A stretch of DNA of 64,000 bases from Gemmatimonadales bacterium (GCA_041602035.1 JBFIHA010000002.1:25398-89397); one strand, 5' to 3'. Counted from the stretch's first letter, positions 35,805-45,761 are shown. A program made the numbers and translations. Notes: generated by a model from the letters alone, not told the origin.

Positions 35805-37412
35805 CTACGACAGGCCGACCCCTCCATACGGAATGCCGGCCAGATGCACCATCTCGCGGTCCCAGGTCGTGAGATCACTCGGCATGAACTGGTTCAGATG
35901 GGTGTGGCCGCAGGCTCGGGCGAGGACGCACATGAGGTGAACGGCCGCATCGAGGAATCTGGCGAGGCGTTCGGCCGCGGCTTGCACGGGGAGCCGCGCG
36001 CGCAGATGCTCCTTTTGCGTGGCGATGCCCACGGGGCAGTTGTTCGTGTGGCAGGCCCGCATGGCGATGCAGCCGATCGCCTGCATCGCGGCGTTGGAGA
36101 TGGCCACGCCGTCGGCGCCGAGGGCGAGTGCTTTCGCGAAGTCGCCCGGCGTGCGCAGCCCGCCGGTGATGATCAGCGTGACGTCACGAGCCTCCCGGGA
36201 GTCGAGATGCCGGCGTGCCCGCGCGAGTGCGGGAATCGTGGGGACCGAGATGTTGTCGCGAAAGATGAGCGGGGCGGCACCGGTGCCACCCCCGCGACCA
36301 TCCAGAATGATGTAGTCCACGCCGATCTCGAGTGCAGCGTCGATATCGCGCTCGATATGCTGCGCCGACAGTTTGAACCCGATCGGGATTCCTCCGGTGC
36401 GGTCTCGGACCTCATCGGCAAAGCCACGGAAGTGCGCCGGCGAGGTCCAGTCGGGGAATCGAGCAGGGGACACCGCAGGCTTCCCTTCTTCGAGCCCGCG
36501 CACTTGGGCGATCTTGCCCTTCACTTTCTCGCCCGGGAGATGGCCGCCGGTTCCGGTCTTGGCGGCTTGCCCTCCCTTGAAATGCATGGCCTGCACCTTG
36601 TCGAGCTTGTCCAAGGAGAATCCAAACCGCGCCGACGCCAGTTCATAGAGGTAACGACTGTTTTCGGCCTGTTCCTCGGGGAGCATCCCACCCTCGCCGG
36701 AGGCGATCGCCGTGCCCGCCATCTCCGCTCCTCGTCCCAGGGCGACCTTCGCCTCTTCTGACAGTGCCCCGAAGCTCATGTCGGAGACGAAGACCGGAAT
36801 CGCGAGTGTGAGCGGTCGCGTGGCTGCCGGGCCGATCACGAGCTCGGTTCCGACCGTGACGTCGTCGAGCTGCGGGGGGGTGGCGAGCTGCGCGGTGACG
36901 AACTGGATCTGACTCCACGCGGGGAGCTGAGGACCAGGGACGCCCATTGCGGCCACCGGACCGTGCGCCCCGTCGAGACCCGTCGCCGCGAGCTGCTGGA
37001 TCGCCTTGGTGTGCGGCTCCTCGGACGTGCCGTGCGGATCCTGATACGTCCCCTGGTAGGCGTCCCGGTCGAAGGCCTGGGGATGCTCGCGCTCCCACGC
37101 CGTGATCTCGGCAGCATCCACCCACACCCCGCCGCCCTCGATCCACGCCGAGAACTTCTGGAGACGCTCCTCGTTGTTGTAGGCGCTGACACCCGTTCGA
37201 AATCGGAAGTCCCACTGGTGAACGCCGCAGATCAGATTGTCGCCGCGGATGAACCCGTCCGCGAGCAGCGCCCCGCGGTGCAGGCAGCGTCCATACAAGA
37301 CAGCGACCCCGTCATCGTGCCGGACCAAGACGAGATCGACATTGCCCACCAAGGCGTGAGCCGGCTTGCGGTCCTCGAGCTCACTCCATTCGGCGACTCT
37401 GACCTTGTGCAT
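35805..37412 (-). CDS. Rieske 2Fe-2S domain fused to FMN-binding glutamate synthase-like domain
   Basis: C.HRG...CG.H.W; MSFGALS, SGEGG, GGHLPG.KV and C...RAC.TNNCP.GIATQ motifs. Confidence 0.9.
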   Translation of the reverse strand: MHKVRVAEWSELEDRKPAHALVGNVDLVLVRHDDGVAVLYGRCLHRGALLADGFIRGDNLICGVHQWDFRFRTGVSAYNNEERLQKFSAWIEGGGVWVDAAEITAWEREHPQAFDRDAYQGTYQDPHGTSEEPHTKAIQQLAATGLDGAHGPVAAMGVPGPQLPAWSQIQFVTAQLATPPQLDDVTVGTELVIGPAATRPLTLAIPVFVSDMSFGALSEEAKVALGRGAEMAGTAIASGEGGMLPEEQAENSRYLYELASARFGFSLDKLDKVQAMHFKGGQAAKTGTGGHLPGEKVKGKIAQVRGLEEGKPAVSPARFPDWTSPAHFRGFADEVRDRTGGIPIGFKLSAQHIERDIDAALEIGVDYIILDGRGGGTGAAPLIFRDNISVPTIPALARARRHLDSREARDVTLIITGGLRTPGDFAKALALGADGVAISNAAMQAIGCIAMRACHTNNCPVGIATQKEHLRARLPVQAAAERLARFLDAAVHLMCVLARACGHTHLNQFMPSDLTTWDREMVHLAGIPYGGVGLS

Positions 37413-37445
37413 ACGTGCTCCGTCTGGTCCGTGATTGCGCTGGCG

Positions 37446-39398
37446 TCAGATCAACTCGGGGTCGGCGATCACCTCGACCAGCGCTGGCCCGTCGTGGGCG
37501 AGGCCGTGGCCGATCGCGTCCCGAAGGGCTCCGGCGGCTGTGACTCTGATCCCGAGAGCGCCGCAGAGATTCGCGTACTCGGCGAAGTTGGGATTGACGA
37601 GTGAGGTCTGCCAGACTTCCATCTCGTCGGCCCGTTGCTCCTTCGAGATCTTGTCCAGTTCGTTGTTGTTGAGCAACACGTGCGTAATGTTCATTCCGTA
37701 CTTCACGGCCGTGGTCAGCTCGGCCATGTACTGACCGAATCCGCCGTCTCCCGAAACGCACACGATGGGGCGGTTCGGTGCCGCCGCCCACGCTCCCATC
37801 GCCGCCGGATATCCAAACCCGATCGAGCCGAGATACCCAGACATCAGAATGGACTGATGCCTGCACTCGAAGTAGCGCCCGAACGAGTACGTGTTGTTGC
37901 CGACGTCGACGGCGATCACGGCGTCCTCAGGCACTAGATCAGTCATGGTGGCAAAGATGGCTGCGGAGTTCACGCCGTTTCCGAGATCGTCTGTGAGCCG
38001 GCGCGCCTTTTCTGCACGCCAGATCCGCCAGCGCTCGGCGATCTCCGGCCGTTGGTCGGTGGCGGCTGTCCTCCCGAGCTCCTCGCACATCCGTTCGGCG
38101 GTGACCCCAATCTCTCCGAGTACCGGTACTGCGACGGAATGAAACTTCCCGAGCGCCATCGGATCAAAGTCCACCTGTATGGTCGGAATCTTGGGTGTGA
38201 TGCCGGTATGGTTGGAGAACGAGGCGCCGAAGACCACCAAGAGATCCGCCTCGTTCATGAACCAGCTGGCGATCGGAGTACCGCTCCGCCCGAGCACGCC
38301 GCACCCGAGCGGGTGGAGATCGGAGATCAGTCCCTTCCCCTTGAACGTCGTGATCACCGGAGCGTTCAGCGACTCGGCCAAGGTGGTGACCGCCGGCATG
38401 TGGAAGCGTGCACCGTGCCCGACGATGATGACGGGCCGTGTGGCATTGCGCAGCAGCTGCATCGCTTCTGCGAAAGCGGCATCCGGTGGAGATATCTCGA
38501 GTGCCGGTACGCGTCCCTCCGGGCCGGAGGGGCTTGCCCCCTCCGTCCCGGGGAGCGTCTGCACCTCGTTGGGGAAGATCAGGTGCGCGACGTCGCGCCG
38601 CAGCGTGGCATGCTTGAGCGCGAGCGTCATCAGTTCGGCGTGCCGGCTGTCGTGCAGCACGGTCTGGCTCCACGCGGCTACGGCGCTGAAGGCGGCGGAG
38701 AGATCGACCTCCTGAAATGCACCCGGGCCGAGCACTTGGGTATCGACCTGGCCGGTCAAGGCGAGGATCGGCGCGCGATCGACCTTGGCATCCCAGAGTC
38801 CCGTGAGGAGGTTCGTTGCTCCGGGTCCGGCGATCGAGAAACAGGCCGCTGGTTTCCCCGTCAGCTTGGCATAGGCTGACGCTGCGAACGATGCCGCCCC
38901 CTCGTGGCGGATGCCGATGTACGTGAGGTTCCCCTGCCGTTCCTGGCGGCGAAACGCGTCCGCCAATCCGAGATTGGAGTGGCCGACCATCCCGAAGACA
39001 TGGGTGATGCCCCAGTTGACCATCGTCTCGACCATGACGTCCGCGACGGTCCGCACGTGAGGGCGTGCCGCCCCCATTCCCACGTAGATCCCATCCTCCC
39101 GCACTTCCACCGGGAACGTGTCGACGCCATCCGAAAAGCCCCCCGGTGGCTCCCCCGTGCACGGATGGTAGTCCCACCCGTGCCACGGACACCGCAGCCA
39201 CCCGTTCTCGATCGACCCTTCACCAAGCGGTCCACCCTGGTGTGGACACCGGTTGTCAAGCGCACAGTACCGACCGTCGAAGTGCGCCAGCGCCAGTTGC
39301 TGGTGTCCCGCCACGACGGACTTGACGCGGTCTTCGGGGAGCTCGTCGAGTCCCAACACCCGATGCCAGGTGAGAGAGGTGGGATCCGTGGCTGCCAT
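37446..39398 (-). CDS. Rieske 2Fe-2S domain fused to TPP-dependent enzyme (pyruvate oxidase/ALS-like)
   Basis: CPHQG...CPWHG; RHE..A, GPG.TN and GDGGF...NN TPP motif. Confidence 0.9.
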   Translation of the reverse strand: MAATDPTSLTWHRVLGLDELPEDRVKSVVAGHQQLALAHFDGRYCALDNRCPHQGGPLGEGSIENGWLRCPWHGWDYHPCTGEPPGGFSDGVDTFPVEVREDGIYVGMGAARPHVRTVADVMVETMVNWGITHVFGMVGHSNLGLADAFRRQERQGNLTYIGIRHEGAASFAASAYAKLTGKPAACFSIAGPGATNLLTGLWDAKVDRAPILALTGQVDTQVLGPGAFQEVDLSAAFSAVAAWSQTVLHDSRHAELMTLALKHATLRRDVAHLIFPNEVQTLPGTEGASPSGPEGRVPALEISPPDAAFAEAMQLLRNATRPVIIVGHGARFHMPAVTTLAESLNAPVITTFKGKGLISDLHPLGCGVLGRSGTPIASWFMNEADLLVVFGASFSNHTGITPKIPTIQVDFDPMALGKFHSVAVPVLGEIGVTAERMCEELGRTAATDQRPEIAERWRIWRAEKARRLTDDLGNGVNSAAIFATMTDLVPEDAVIAVDVGNNTYSFGRYFECRHQSILMSGYLGSIGFGYPAAMGAWAAAPNRPIVCVSGDGGFGQYMAELTTAVKYGMNITHVLLNNNELDKISKEQRADEMEVWQTSLVNPNFAEYANLCGALGIRVTAAGALRDAIGHGLAHDGPALVEVIADPELI

Positions 39399-39529
39399 CA
39401 GATACTCCTTGGGCCGCTGAGCAGGTGGCGTGCACTGCGCCAAACGATGAAGTGTGCCCGGGAGTTCCTATCGAGGGGCCAACTCCAGGGTAGGGAGGGA
39501 CTCCGCAAGCGTCACGCCGACGGTTGCTG

Positions 39530-40567
39530 CTACGCTTCCCGCTTCCCGTTTCCCGCTTCCCGCCTTCCGCTTCCCACTTCCCGTCTCGCTCTGAGCTCCT
39601 CGAGCGCGCCCCTCACGTAGTTCCGGACCATCTCCTTGCGCCACGCCAAGCCGAAGTCGGTGTTGTCCATCGGCTTTGCCGGACGAAACGCCGCGTCGGC
39701 CGCGTCGGCGACAGCAGTCTCCTCGAGCTCGGTCCCGATGATAGCGCCGGCCGCCTCGGGAACCGGCTTCGGATAGCTGGCCACGCCCCCCAGGACGATA
39801 CGGGCATCGGCGACGAGCGCATCGTCCCATCGCACCCACACCGCGACCCCCAACACAGGGAAGTCAATGGTACCTCGACGCCGGAGCTTCCAGTACGTCG
39901 CATCCCACCCATCGGCGGGCGGGAGGCGAACTTCGGTCAGGATTTCATCCGGGTGCTTCGTCAAATAGCGGATGCCGTCGTCGTTGAAGAACTCCGCTGC
40001 CGGAAGCACACGTTCCGTGTCGGGCCCGACGAGCACGAACTCGGCACCGAGCGCGACCGTCACCGGCGCCGTGTCACTCGAGTTCACCGCCCAGCAGCGC
40101 GGACTCGACGGCGCAACCCAACAGATGGCCCCGTCCTTCTTCATGCAAAAGTCGATCGCCTTTCGCCACTCGTACGTTTGGTTGTAGTAATTGCAGCGGG
40201 TGTCGAGGCAGAGGTTGCCGCCGAATGTCCCCATGTTCCGAAGCAGTGGCGAGCTGACCAGCTCCGCGGCCTTCGCGAGGGCGGCGTAGTGCTTGCCTGT
40301 TCGCTTGTGGGTATGAAGTTGCGTGAGTGTCACACCCGCCCCAACGGAGAGCGCGGATCCTCCCGAGCCACCAGTGATCCGTCGCAGGGCGCGAATGCCC
40401 GACAGCGCCACCAAGACTCGTGGCTCCTGATGCCGTCGTTTCATGTTCGGGAGCAGGTCCGTCCCGCCCGCAACGTACATTCCGTCCGGCCCGGCATCTG
40501 CCTTCATACGCAGGGCCTGCCGGAGCGACTTGGGCCGGAGGTAGGTGAACGGCGGTAACCGGAGCAT
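39530..40567 (-). CDS. FAD-binding subunit, 4-hydroxybenzoyl-CoA reductase beta-like, with 4Fe-4S insert
   Basis: AGGTDL.PN.K, RN.GT.GGNLC, insert RCNYYNQ...WR....FC.K..G.IC......RC, and KLR.R..IDFP. Confidence 0.85.
   Translation of the reverse strand: MLRLPPFTYLRPKSLRQALRMKADAGPDGMYVAGGTDLLPNMKRRHQEPRVLVALSGIRALRRITGGSGGSALSVGAGVTLTQLHTHKRTGKHYAALAKAAELVSSPLLRNMGTFGGNLCLDTRCNYYNQTYEWRKAIDFCMKKDGAICWVAPSSPRCWAVNSSDTAPVTVALGAEFVLVGPDTERVLPAAEFFNDDGIRYLTKHPDEILTEVRLPPADGWDATYWKLRRRGTIDFPVLGVAVWVRWDDALVADARIVLGGVASYPKPVPEAAGAIIGTELEETAVADAADAAFRPAKPMDNTDFGLAWRKEMVRNYVRGALEELRARREVGSGRREAGNGKREA
39534..39582. repeat. Tandem heptamer repeat (GCTTCCC) x7, imperfect
   Basis: gcttccc gcttccc gtttccc gcttccc gccttcc gcttccc acttccc. 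Confidence 0.9.
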
Positions 40568-43050
40568 CAGTGCTGTCGCTCCTCGGCAACCGGCAGCGAC
40601 GCGGTGGAGACCGATGACGGACGCACACCACCGGCCCCGACGGTATCACCCTCCGCGGCACGCCCGTCGCCGCCCTCCCACGGGGGCGGCACTCGGATCG
40701 GCTCGGGCCACGGTATAGCGGGGAAGCGTGTTGGCCCAAACCGCCCATACCCTCCCTTGTCACGATCCTTGATCGCCTTCAGGACCTTCTCAGGCGTGAT
40801 CGGGACTTCGTCGATCCGCACGCCGACCGCGTCGTACACCGCGTTGGCGACAGCCGGGGGAACGGGAAGAAGTGGGCCCTGACCAACCTCCTTCGCGCCA
40901 AACGGTCCCTCGCGATCCGGGTCCTCGATCAGGTACGTCACGACCTCGCACATGTCGAGCGTCGTCGGGCTCTTGTAGTCCAGCATGCTGGGGATCTTGT
41001 GTACTAGGTTCCGATTCTCGCGGTACACCATCTCCTCCATGAGCGCCTCACCCAACCCCATGTACACGCTTCCCTCGACCTGACCCAAAACGTTCACCGG
41101 ATTGATGCTCCGACCCACGTCGTGCGCGATCCAGATTCGCGGCACGACGACGATGCCGCTCGTCCGGTCCACCTCGACTTCGGCGATCGCGGCGCTATAG
41201 GAGTAGGCCGGAGACGGGCCCACGCCTGCACCGCGGTACCGCCCGGGACTGCGCGGCGGCATGTACGACCCGACCGTGCCGATCGTTCCTTCGCCGGCCT
41301 CCGCGGTCTGGACCGCCTCGGCGAACGTCATCCCGAGTTCGGGGTTCTCGACATCGAACAGCCGGCTGTCTGCCAAGCCGACACGCTCGGCCGGTACGTC
41401 CAGCTTCGCCGACGCGTGCCGCACGAGGATGTCCCGAGCGCGCTCGGCCGCTTGCAGCGCAGCGTTGCCGCTCATGAGGGTCACGCGACTCGAGTAGCTG
41501 CCAAGATCGACCGGGGTGAGATCGGTATCTGCCGTGACGACGGCGATGTCCTCCACCGCCACGCCCAGGACTTCGGCCACGATATAGGCGAGGACCGAGT
41601 CGGAGCCTTGACCGATGTCCGTCGAGCCGCAGAACACGGTAACGCCGCCGCCTCGATCGAGCTTCAGCTGCACACCCGAGTGGGGCATGTGGTTCCAGTA
41701 TATCGGCAGCCCGGCGCCACTCAGGTAGCTGGAACACGCGATACCGATGCCTCGACCGTCGGGGAGCTTGCGAAACCGTTCCTTCCAAGCGGCGCCATCC
41801 ACGACCTTGCGAATACAGGCGCCCAGGCCCATCGACCCGATGCGCAGGTGGTTCGCGGTCAGCGAATCGGGTGGCTGAAGATGGGCGAGTCGCAACTCCG
41901 CCGGGTCCATCCCGAGGTCTTCGGCGAGCTTGTCGATGTGCACTTCGAGCGCGAACCGTGGCTGCGGGGTGCCGTGCCCCCGTTTCGGACCACACGGTGG
42001 CTTGTTCGTGAAGACACGCGCCCCTTGAAAGCGGTAGCGGTCGACGTGATACGTGACGGTCTGGAGCGCGCCCGTGTAGTATGCACTGGCCACGCCGTAC
42101 GAGCCGTATGCTCCGCCGTCGAGCAGGGTGCGGAAATGCATGCCTTTGAAGCGGCCGGTGCGGTCGACCCCCGACTTGACCCACATGAGCGTGGGGTGGC
42201 GGCCGCGGTGACAATAGAACACTTCCTCACGCGTAAGCGTGATCTTGACCGGTCGTCCGGTGAGCATCGCCAGCTTGGCCGCAACGATCTCGTGGTTGAA
42301 CGGATCGCTCTTGCCGCCGAATCCACCGCCATTGGGGGTCGCAATCACACGAATTCGAGAGGGCGCCAACTCGAGGACCCGAGCCAGGGCACGGTGAACG
42401 TAGTGCGGTGTCTGGGTCGAGCTCCACAGCGTGAGCTTTCCGTCGGCCGACCAATCGGCCACGGCGGCGTGCTGCTCCATGGCGAGGTGCGTGTTGCCGC
42501 CGTAGAGGAAGAGGTCTTCGCGCACGTGATCCGCTCCCGCCAGGGCGGCATCGACGTCACCGAACTCGAGATCGATCAGTTTGTGGATGTTACCGGCCGG
42601 GCCGTAGTCGTGGATGCGCGGCTGCGTTGTCTCGAGTGCCGCCTCGGGTGTACCGATGGTCTCGAGTGGCTCGTACGTCACCTCGATCAGGTCTAGGGCC
42701 GCCGTCGCGATGTCCTCACTCACGGCGGCGACGGCAGCGACCGAGTCCCCAATGAATCGGACGCGGTCGGGGCACAACGCGTGCTCGTCCTGGCTCACGG
42801 GGAGAATGCCGAACGGGATCGGCACGTCCCCTCCGGTAAGCACGGCCCGCACGCCGTCGAGCGCCCGGGCCTTGGCGGTATCGACGCGGACAATGCGGGC
42901 GTGAGGCACGGTACTGCGGAGGAGCTTGCCGAAGAGCATGCGCGGGAGGGCGATGTCGTCGGCGAAGAGGGTGCGGCCCGTGACCTTCGCGACGGCGTCG
43001 ACCTTGCGACGGGGAGATCCCACGACCCGATACCGCCGCTCACGGCCGCC
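40567..43050 (-). CDS. Molybdopterin-binding subunit, xanthine dehydrogenase family (HcrA-like)
   Basis: D...KVTG...F.DD, GGGFGGK, RG.G..Q, GSYSSR and GQVEG motifs. Confidence 0.92.
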   Translation of the reverse strand, partial: GGRERRYRVVGSPRRKVDAVAKVTGRTLFADDIALPRMLFGKLLRSTVPHARIVRVDTAKARALDGVRAVLTGGDVPIPFGILPVSQDEHALCPDRVRFIGDSVAAVAAVSEDIATAALDLIEVTYEPLETIGTPEAALETTQPRIHDYGPAGNIHKLIDLEFGDVDAALAGADHVREDLFLYGGNTHLAMEQHAAVADWSADGKLTLWSSTQTPHYVHRALARVLELAPSRIRVIATPNGGGFGGKSDPFNHEIVAAKLAMLTGRPVKITLTREEVFYCHRGRHPTLMWVKSGVDRTGRFKGMHFRTLLDGGAYGSYGVASAYYTGALQTVTYHVDRYRFQGARVFTNKPPCGPKRGHGTPQPRFALEVHIDKLAEDLGMDPAELRLAHLQPPDSLTANHLRIGSMGLGACIRKVVDGAAWKERFRKLPDGRGIGIACSSYLSGAGLPIYWNHMPHSGVQLKLDRGGGVTVFCGSTDIGQGSDSVLAYIVAEVLGVAVEDIAVVTADTDLTPVDLGSYSSRVTLMSGNAALQAAERARDILVRHASAKLDVPAERVGLADSRLFDVENPELGMTFAEAVQTAEAGEGTIGTVGSYMPPRSPGRYRGAGVGPSPAYSYSAAIAEVEVDRTSGIVVVPRIWIAHDVGRSINPVNVLGQVEGSVYMGLGEALMEEMVYRENRNLVHKIPSMLDYKSPTTLDMCEVVTYLIEDPDREGPFGAKEVGQGPLLPVPPAVANAVYDAVGVRIDEVPITPEKVLKAIKDRDKGGYGRFGPTRFPAIPWPEPIRVPPPWEGGDGRAAEGDTVGAGGVRPSSVSTASLPVAEERQH

Positions 43051-43579
43051 CATACAGTGTTTCCTCCTCGGGATTGAAATCGTCACCTCGCATCTTCGCC
43101 GCGGCCAACTCCACAGCTTCATAGATCTTGAGATAACCGGTACACCGGCAGAGGTTGCCGGCTAGGGCGTGTTTGATCTCTTCGCGCGACGGTCGAGCGT
43201 TGCTTGCGAGCAACGCTTCCGCCACCAGGAGAAACCCGGGGGTGCAGTATCCACATTGGGCCGCACCGAGATCCGCGAACATGTCTTGGAGGGGGTGCAG
43301 GCGGGGTCCGTCCGTCATGCCCTCCACGGTCCTGACCTCGACGCCGTCGCAGGCGACGCCGAGGACGAGGCACGACAGCACCGGCTGCCTGTCCAGGAGC
43401 ACGGTACACGTGCCGCACTCGCCCAGCTCGCAACCATGCTTGGTGCCGGTCAGCCCGAGATCTTCGCGGAGGACCTCGAGCAGTGTCTTGTGCGGGGCAA
43501 ACGCGACGGTGGTGGACTCGCCGTTCAGGTCGAAGCGAATCTGCGCCGTCGCGAGTGGGTCAGGCCGGCGGCTCGCCAA
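43040..43579 (-). CDS. (2Fe-2S)-binding subunit (HcrC/CoxS-like)
   Basis: GCELGECGTC, QCGYCTPG and GNLCRCTGY motifs. Confidence 0.93.
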   Translation of the reverse strand: MASRRPDPLATAQIRFDLNGESTTVAFAPHKTLLEVLREDLGLTGTKHGCELGECGTCTVLLDRQPVLSCLVLGVACDGVEVRTVEGMTDGPRLHPLQDMFADLGAAQCGYCTPGFLLVAEALLASNARPSREEIKHALAGNLCRCTGYLKIYEAVELAAAKMRGDDFNPEEETLYGRP

Positions 43580-43799
43580 AGAGGAACGTCTCCGTTTGCG
43601 TGGTGAGGAAGTCCCGCGCGCGCGGATCTCGGAGGTCGAGGGCGTAGTGGTTGATCACAGCGGTCTGATGTTGCAGCCATTCCGTCCAGCAGGTCTGGCA
43701 AATGGAGTCGTAGATTCGGTCGCCCAGCGCGTTGCGGAAGGGTGGGGCGGCGATCCGCTGTCGAGTCTGCCCGCAGCGACCGCAGGTCACGTCACTCAT
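43560..43799 (-). CDS. YggX-like Fe(II)-trafficking / oxidative damage protection protein
   Basis: V.C.RCG, P....LG.RI...IC..CW..W...QT..IN...L motifs. Confidence 0.85.
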   Translation of the reverse strand: MSDVTCGRCGQTRQRIAAPPFRNALGDRIYDSICQTCWTEWLQHQTAVINHYALDLRDPRARDFLTTQTETFLFGEPPA

Positions 43800-43853
43800 G
43801 GTGGGAATGTAACCTTGCACGGTAGGGGGCGCGACCGCACCTTTCGCGCACTC

Positions 43854-44057
43854 ATGCAGGATGCACCACAGCAGGTCGGGTTGTGTGCCACGTGCCGCCA
43901 CGCCCATGTCGTCACGGCCCGGCGGGGCTCGATGTTCTGGCGGTGCCGGGCCGCGGACTCCGATCCTCGACTGCCCAAGTATCCTCGTCTGCCGGTCCGC
44001 GACTGTCACGGGTACCGGGCTTCGTCACGAGAGGCCGATTGCGGAGGTGATCGATGA
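43854..44057 (+). CDS. Small Cys-rich hypothetical protein
   Basis: GLCATC.H...FWRC...KYPRLPV.DC.GY; ATGA-coupled to the dipeptidase. Confidence 0.7.
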   Translation: MQDAPQQVGLCATCRHAHVVTARRGSMFWRCRAADSDPRLPKYPRLPVRDCHGYRASSREADCGGDR

Positions 44058-45316
44058 GCCGTTGGAAGCGAGCGGTGGCCGTGGTGGGGGGTATCGCCGC
44101 GGCCTGGAGCATGACGGCCTGTGTGGCCGATGTGATGCCCAGCGACGCGCAGGCCCATGCCCTCCGGCTCCTGAGCGAGGTCCCCCTGATCGACGGTCAC
44201 AATGACCTCCCGTGGGAACTCCGCACGAATTTCCACTCGTCCTTTGACTCGCTCGACATCGCGCGACCACAGTCTGCGGTCATGACGGATATTCCACGGC
44301 TGCGTCAGGGACGAGTAGGCGCGCAATTCTGGTCGACATATACGCCGAGCAACATCGATCGACCCGCTCGCGCTGGGATGGAACAGGTGGACGTCGTCCA
44401 TCGCATGGTGGAGCGGTATCCGGACGTCTTCGAGTGGGCGAGCACGGCCGACGACATCGTCCGCATCCATCGAGCCGGTAAGATTGCCTCGATGGCCGGT
44501 CTCGAGGGCGGCCACATGATCGAGAACTCGCTGGGACTCTTGCGAGCGTTCTATCGCGAGGGGGTCCGATATATGACGCTCACGCACTCCCTGAACACGG
44601 ACTGGGCGGATGCGGCTACCGACACGTTGGTCCATGGAGGCCTCACCGCGTTCGGTGAAGAGGTCGTGCGGGAGATGAACCGGCTCGGCATGCTGGTGGA
44701 TCTCTCGCACGCGTCCGACTCCACCATGTGGGATGTGCTGCACGTGACCGAGGCGCCGGTGGTGTTTTCGCATACGTCGTCACGGCACTTCACCCCCCAC
44801 CCGCGGAACATCCCGGACGATCTCGCGCGAGCGGTGGCCGAAAATGGGGGAGTGATCATGGTGAACTTCGTGCTGCCGTTCATCTCGCAGCCGGCGTACG
44901 AATACTACGAGCGGCGAGATTCGGTGGCCGAGCGGCTGCGGCGTTCGGGAATTCCCCCGGTCGCGGTGCGGGATTCCCTGCGGTCGTGGCGGGAGGTGAA
45001 CCCGATGCCGGTGCCCGACGTGGGGGTGGTGGCCGATCACATGGATCACTTGCGTGCCGTTGCCGGAGCGGACCACATCGGCATCGGGTCGGATTTCGAC
45101 GGGATCAGCACGCCCCCGAGCGGGCTCGAGGACGTCGCGACGTTCCCGAATCTCATTGCGGCGTTGATCCGTCGCGGATGGAGCGATGAGGAGATCCGCA
45201 AGGTCATCGGGCTCAACGTGCTTCGGCTCATGCGAGATGCGGAGCGCACCGCCGCCCGACTCCAGAGGTCGCGTCCAGCATCGGTCGCTCGCATCGAGGA
45301 CCTGCCTGGGCGGTGA
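44054..45316 (+). CDS. Membrane dipeptidase (peptidase M19), lipoprotein
   Basis: DGHNDLP, EGGH, Y.TLTH, DLSH and GIGSDFDG motifs. Confidence 0.93.
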   Translation: MSRWKRAVAVVGGIAAAWSMTACVADVMPSDAQAHALRLLSEVPLIDGHNDLPWELRTNFHSSFDSLDIARPQSAVMTDIPRLRQGRVGAQFWSTYTPSNIDRPARAGMEQVDVVHRMVERYPDVFEWASTADDIVRIHRAGKIASMAGLEGGHMIENSLGLLRAFYREGVRYMTLTHSLNTDWADAATDTLVHGGLTAFGEEVVREMNRLGMLVDLSHASDSTMWDVLHVTEAPVVFSHTSSRHFTPHPRNIPDDLARAVAENGGVIMVNFVLPFISQPAYEYYERRDSVAERLRRSGIPPVAVRDSLRSWREVNPMPVPDVGVVADHMDHLRAVAGADHIGIGSDFDGISTPPSGLEDVATFPNLIAALIRRGWSDEEIRKVIGLNVLRLMRDAERTAARLQRSRPASVARIEDLPGR

Positions 45317-45320
45317 CGGC

Positions 45321-45761
45321 ATGCATCGCTCGGCGGCCTGGCTCGTGTTGGCCTGCTGTCTGGCCTCCTGCGTGGACGAGCGTGTACGCCAACTCCGGTC
45401 GTCCGAGCTATCCCAAGCCGCTGATGCCATTGCCCTCAACATCGCGGCCATCCAGCGCGGCGATGTCGAGGCGTACCTCGCTGGCTACCTGGATTCTCCG
45501 GATCTCATCATCGCCGGCGCGGACTCACTCCGCCGGGGATACTTTCTATTTGCCGAGGCCCGACGAGCCAGCGCCGAGTGGCCGGATGTCCTCGTCGCCG
45601 GTGAGCCCACGCTAGTGTGGATTGCGCCAGGAGTGGTCTGGGGAGCGTTCGAGTTCACGGCAGTCGTCGGGATCGACACCGCTCGTGGGTGGTCCGAGCG
45701 CTTGGTCGTCAAGACGCCCGAGGGATGGAAGATCGCCGTGACGGGAACCATGCAGCGATGA
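45321..45761 (+). CDS. Hypothetical lipoprotein, NTF2-like fold
   Basis: LASC lipobox; A...GD.EAY...Y and KT.EGWKI motifs. Confidence 0.7.
   Translation: MHRSAAWLVLACCLASCVDERVRQLRSSELSQAADAIALNIAAIQRGDVEAYLAGYLDSPDLIIAGADSLRRGYFLFAEARRASAEWPDVLVAGEPTLVWIAPGVVWGAFEFTAVVGIDTARGWSERLVVKTPEGWKIAVTGTMQR

Noticed and set aside
35805-37412. Assigning the symbol gltB
   Set aside because: It lacks the amidotransferase and central domains, and no gltD partner is present.
39534-39582. Repeat as a CRISPR array
   Set aside because: 7-bp tandem units without spacers, and no cas genes.
41122-42696. 524-aa plus-strand ORF
   Set aside because: Antisense shadow of the Mo-binding subunit; expected in high-GC DNA and has no motifs.
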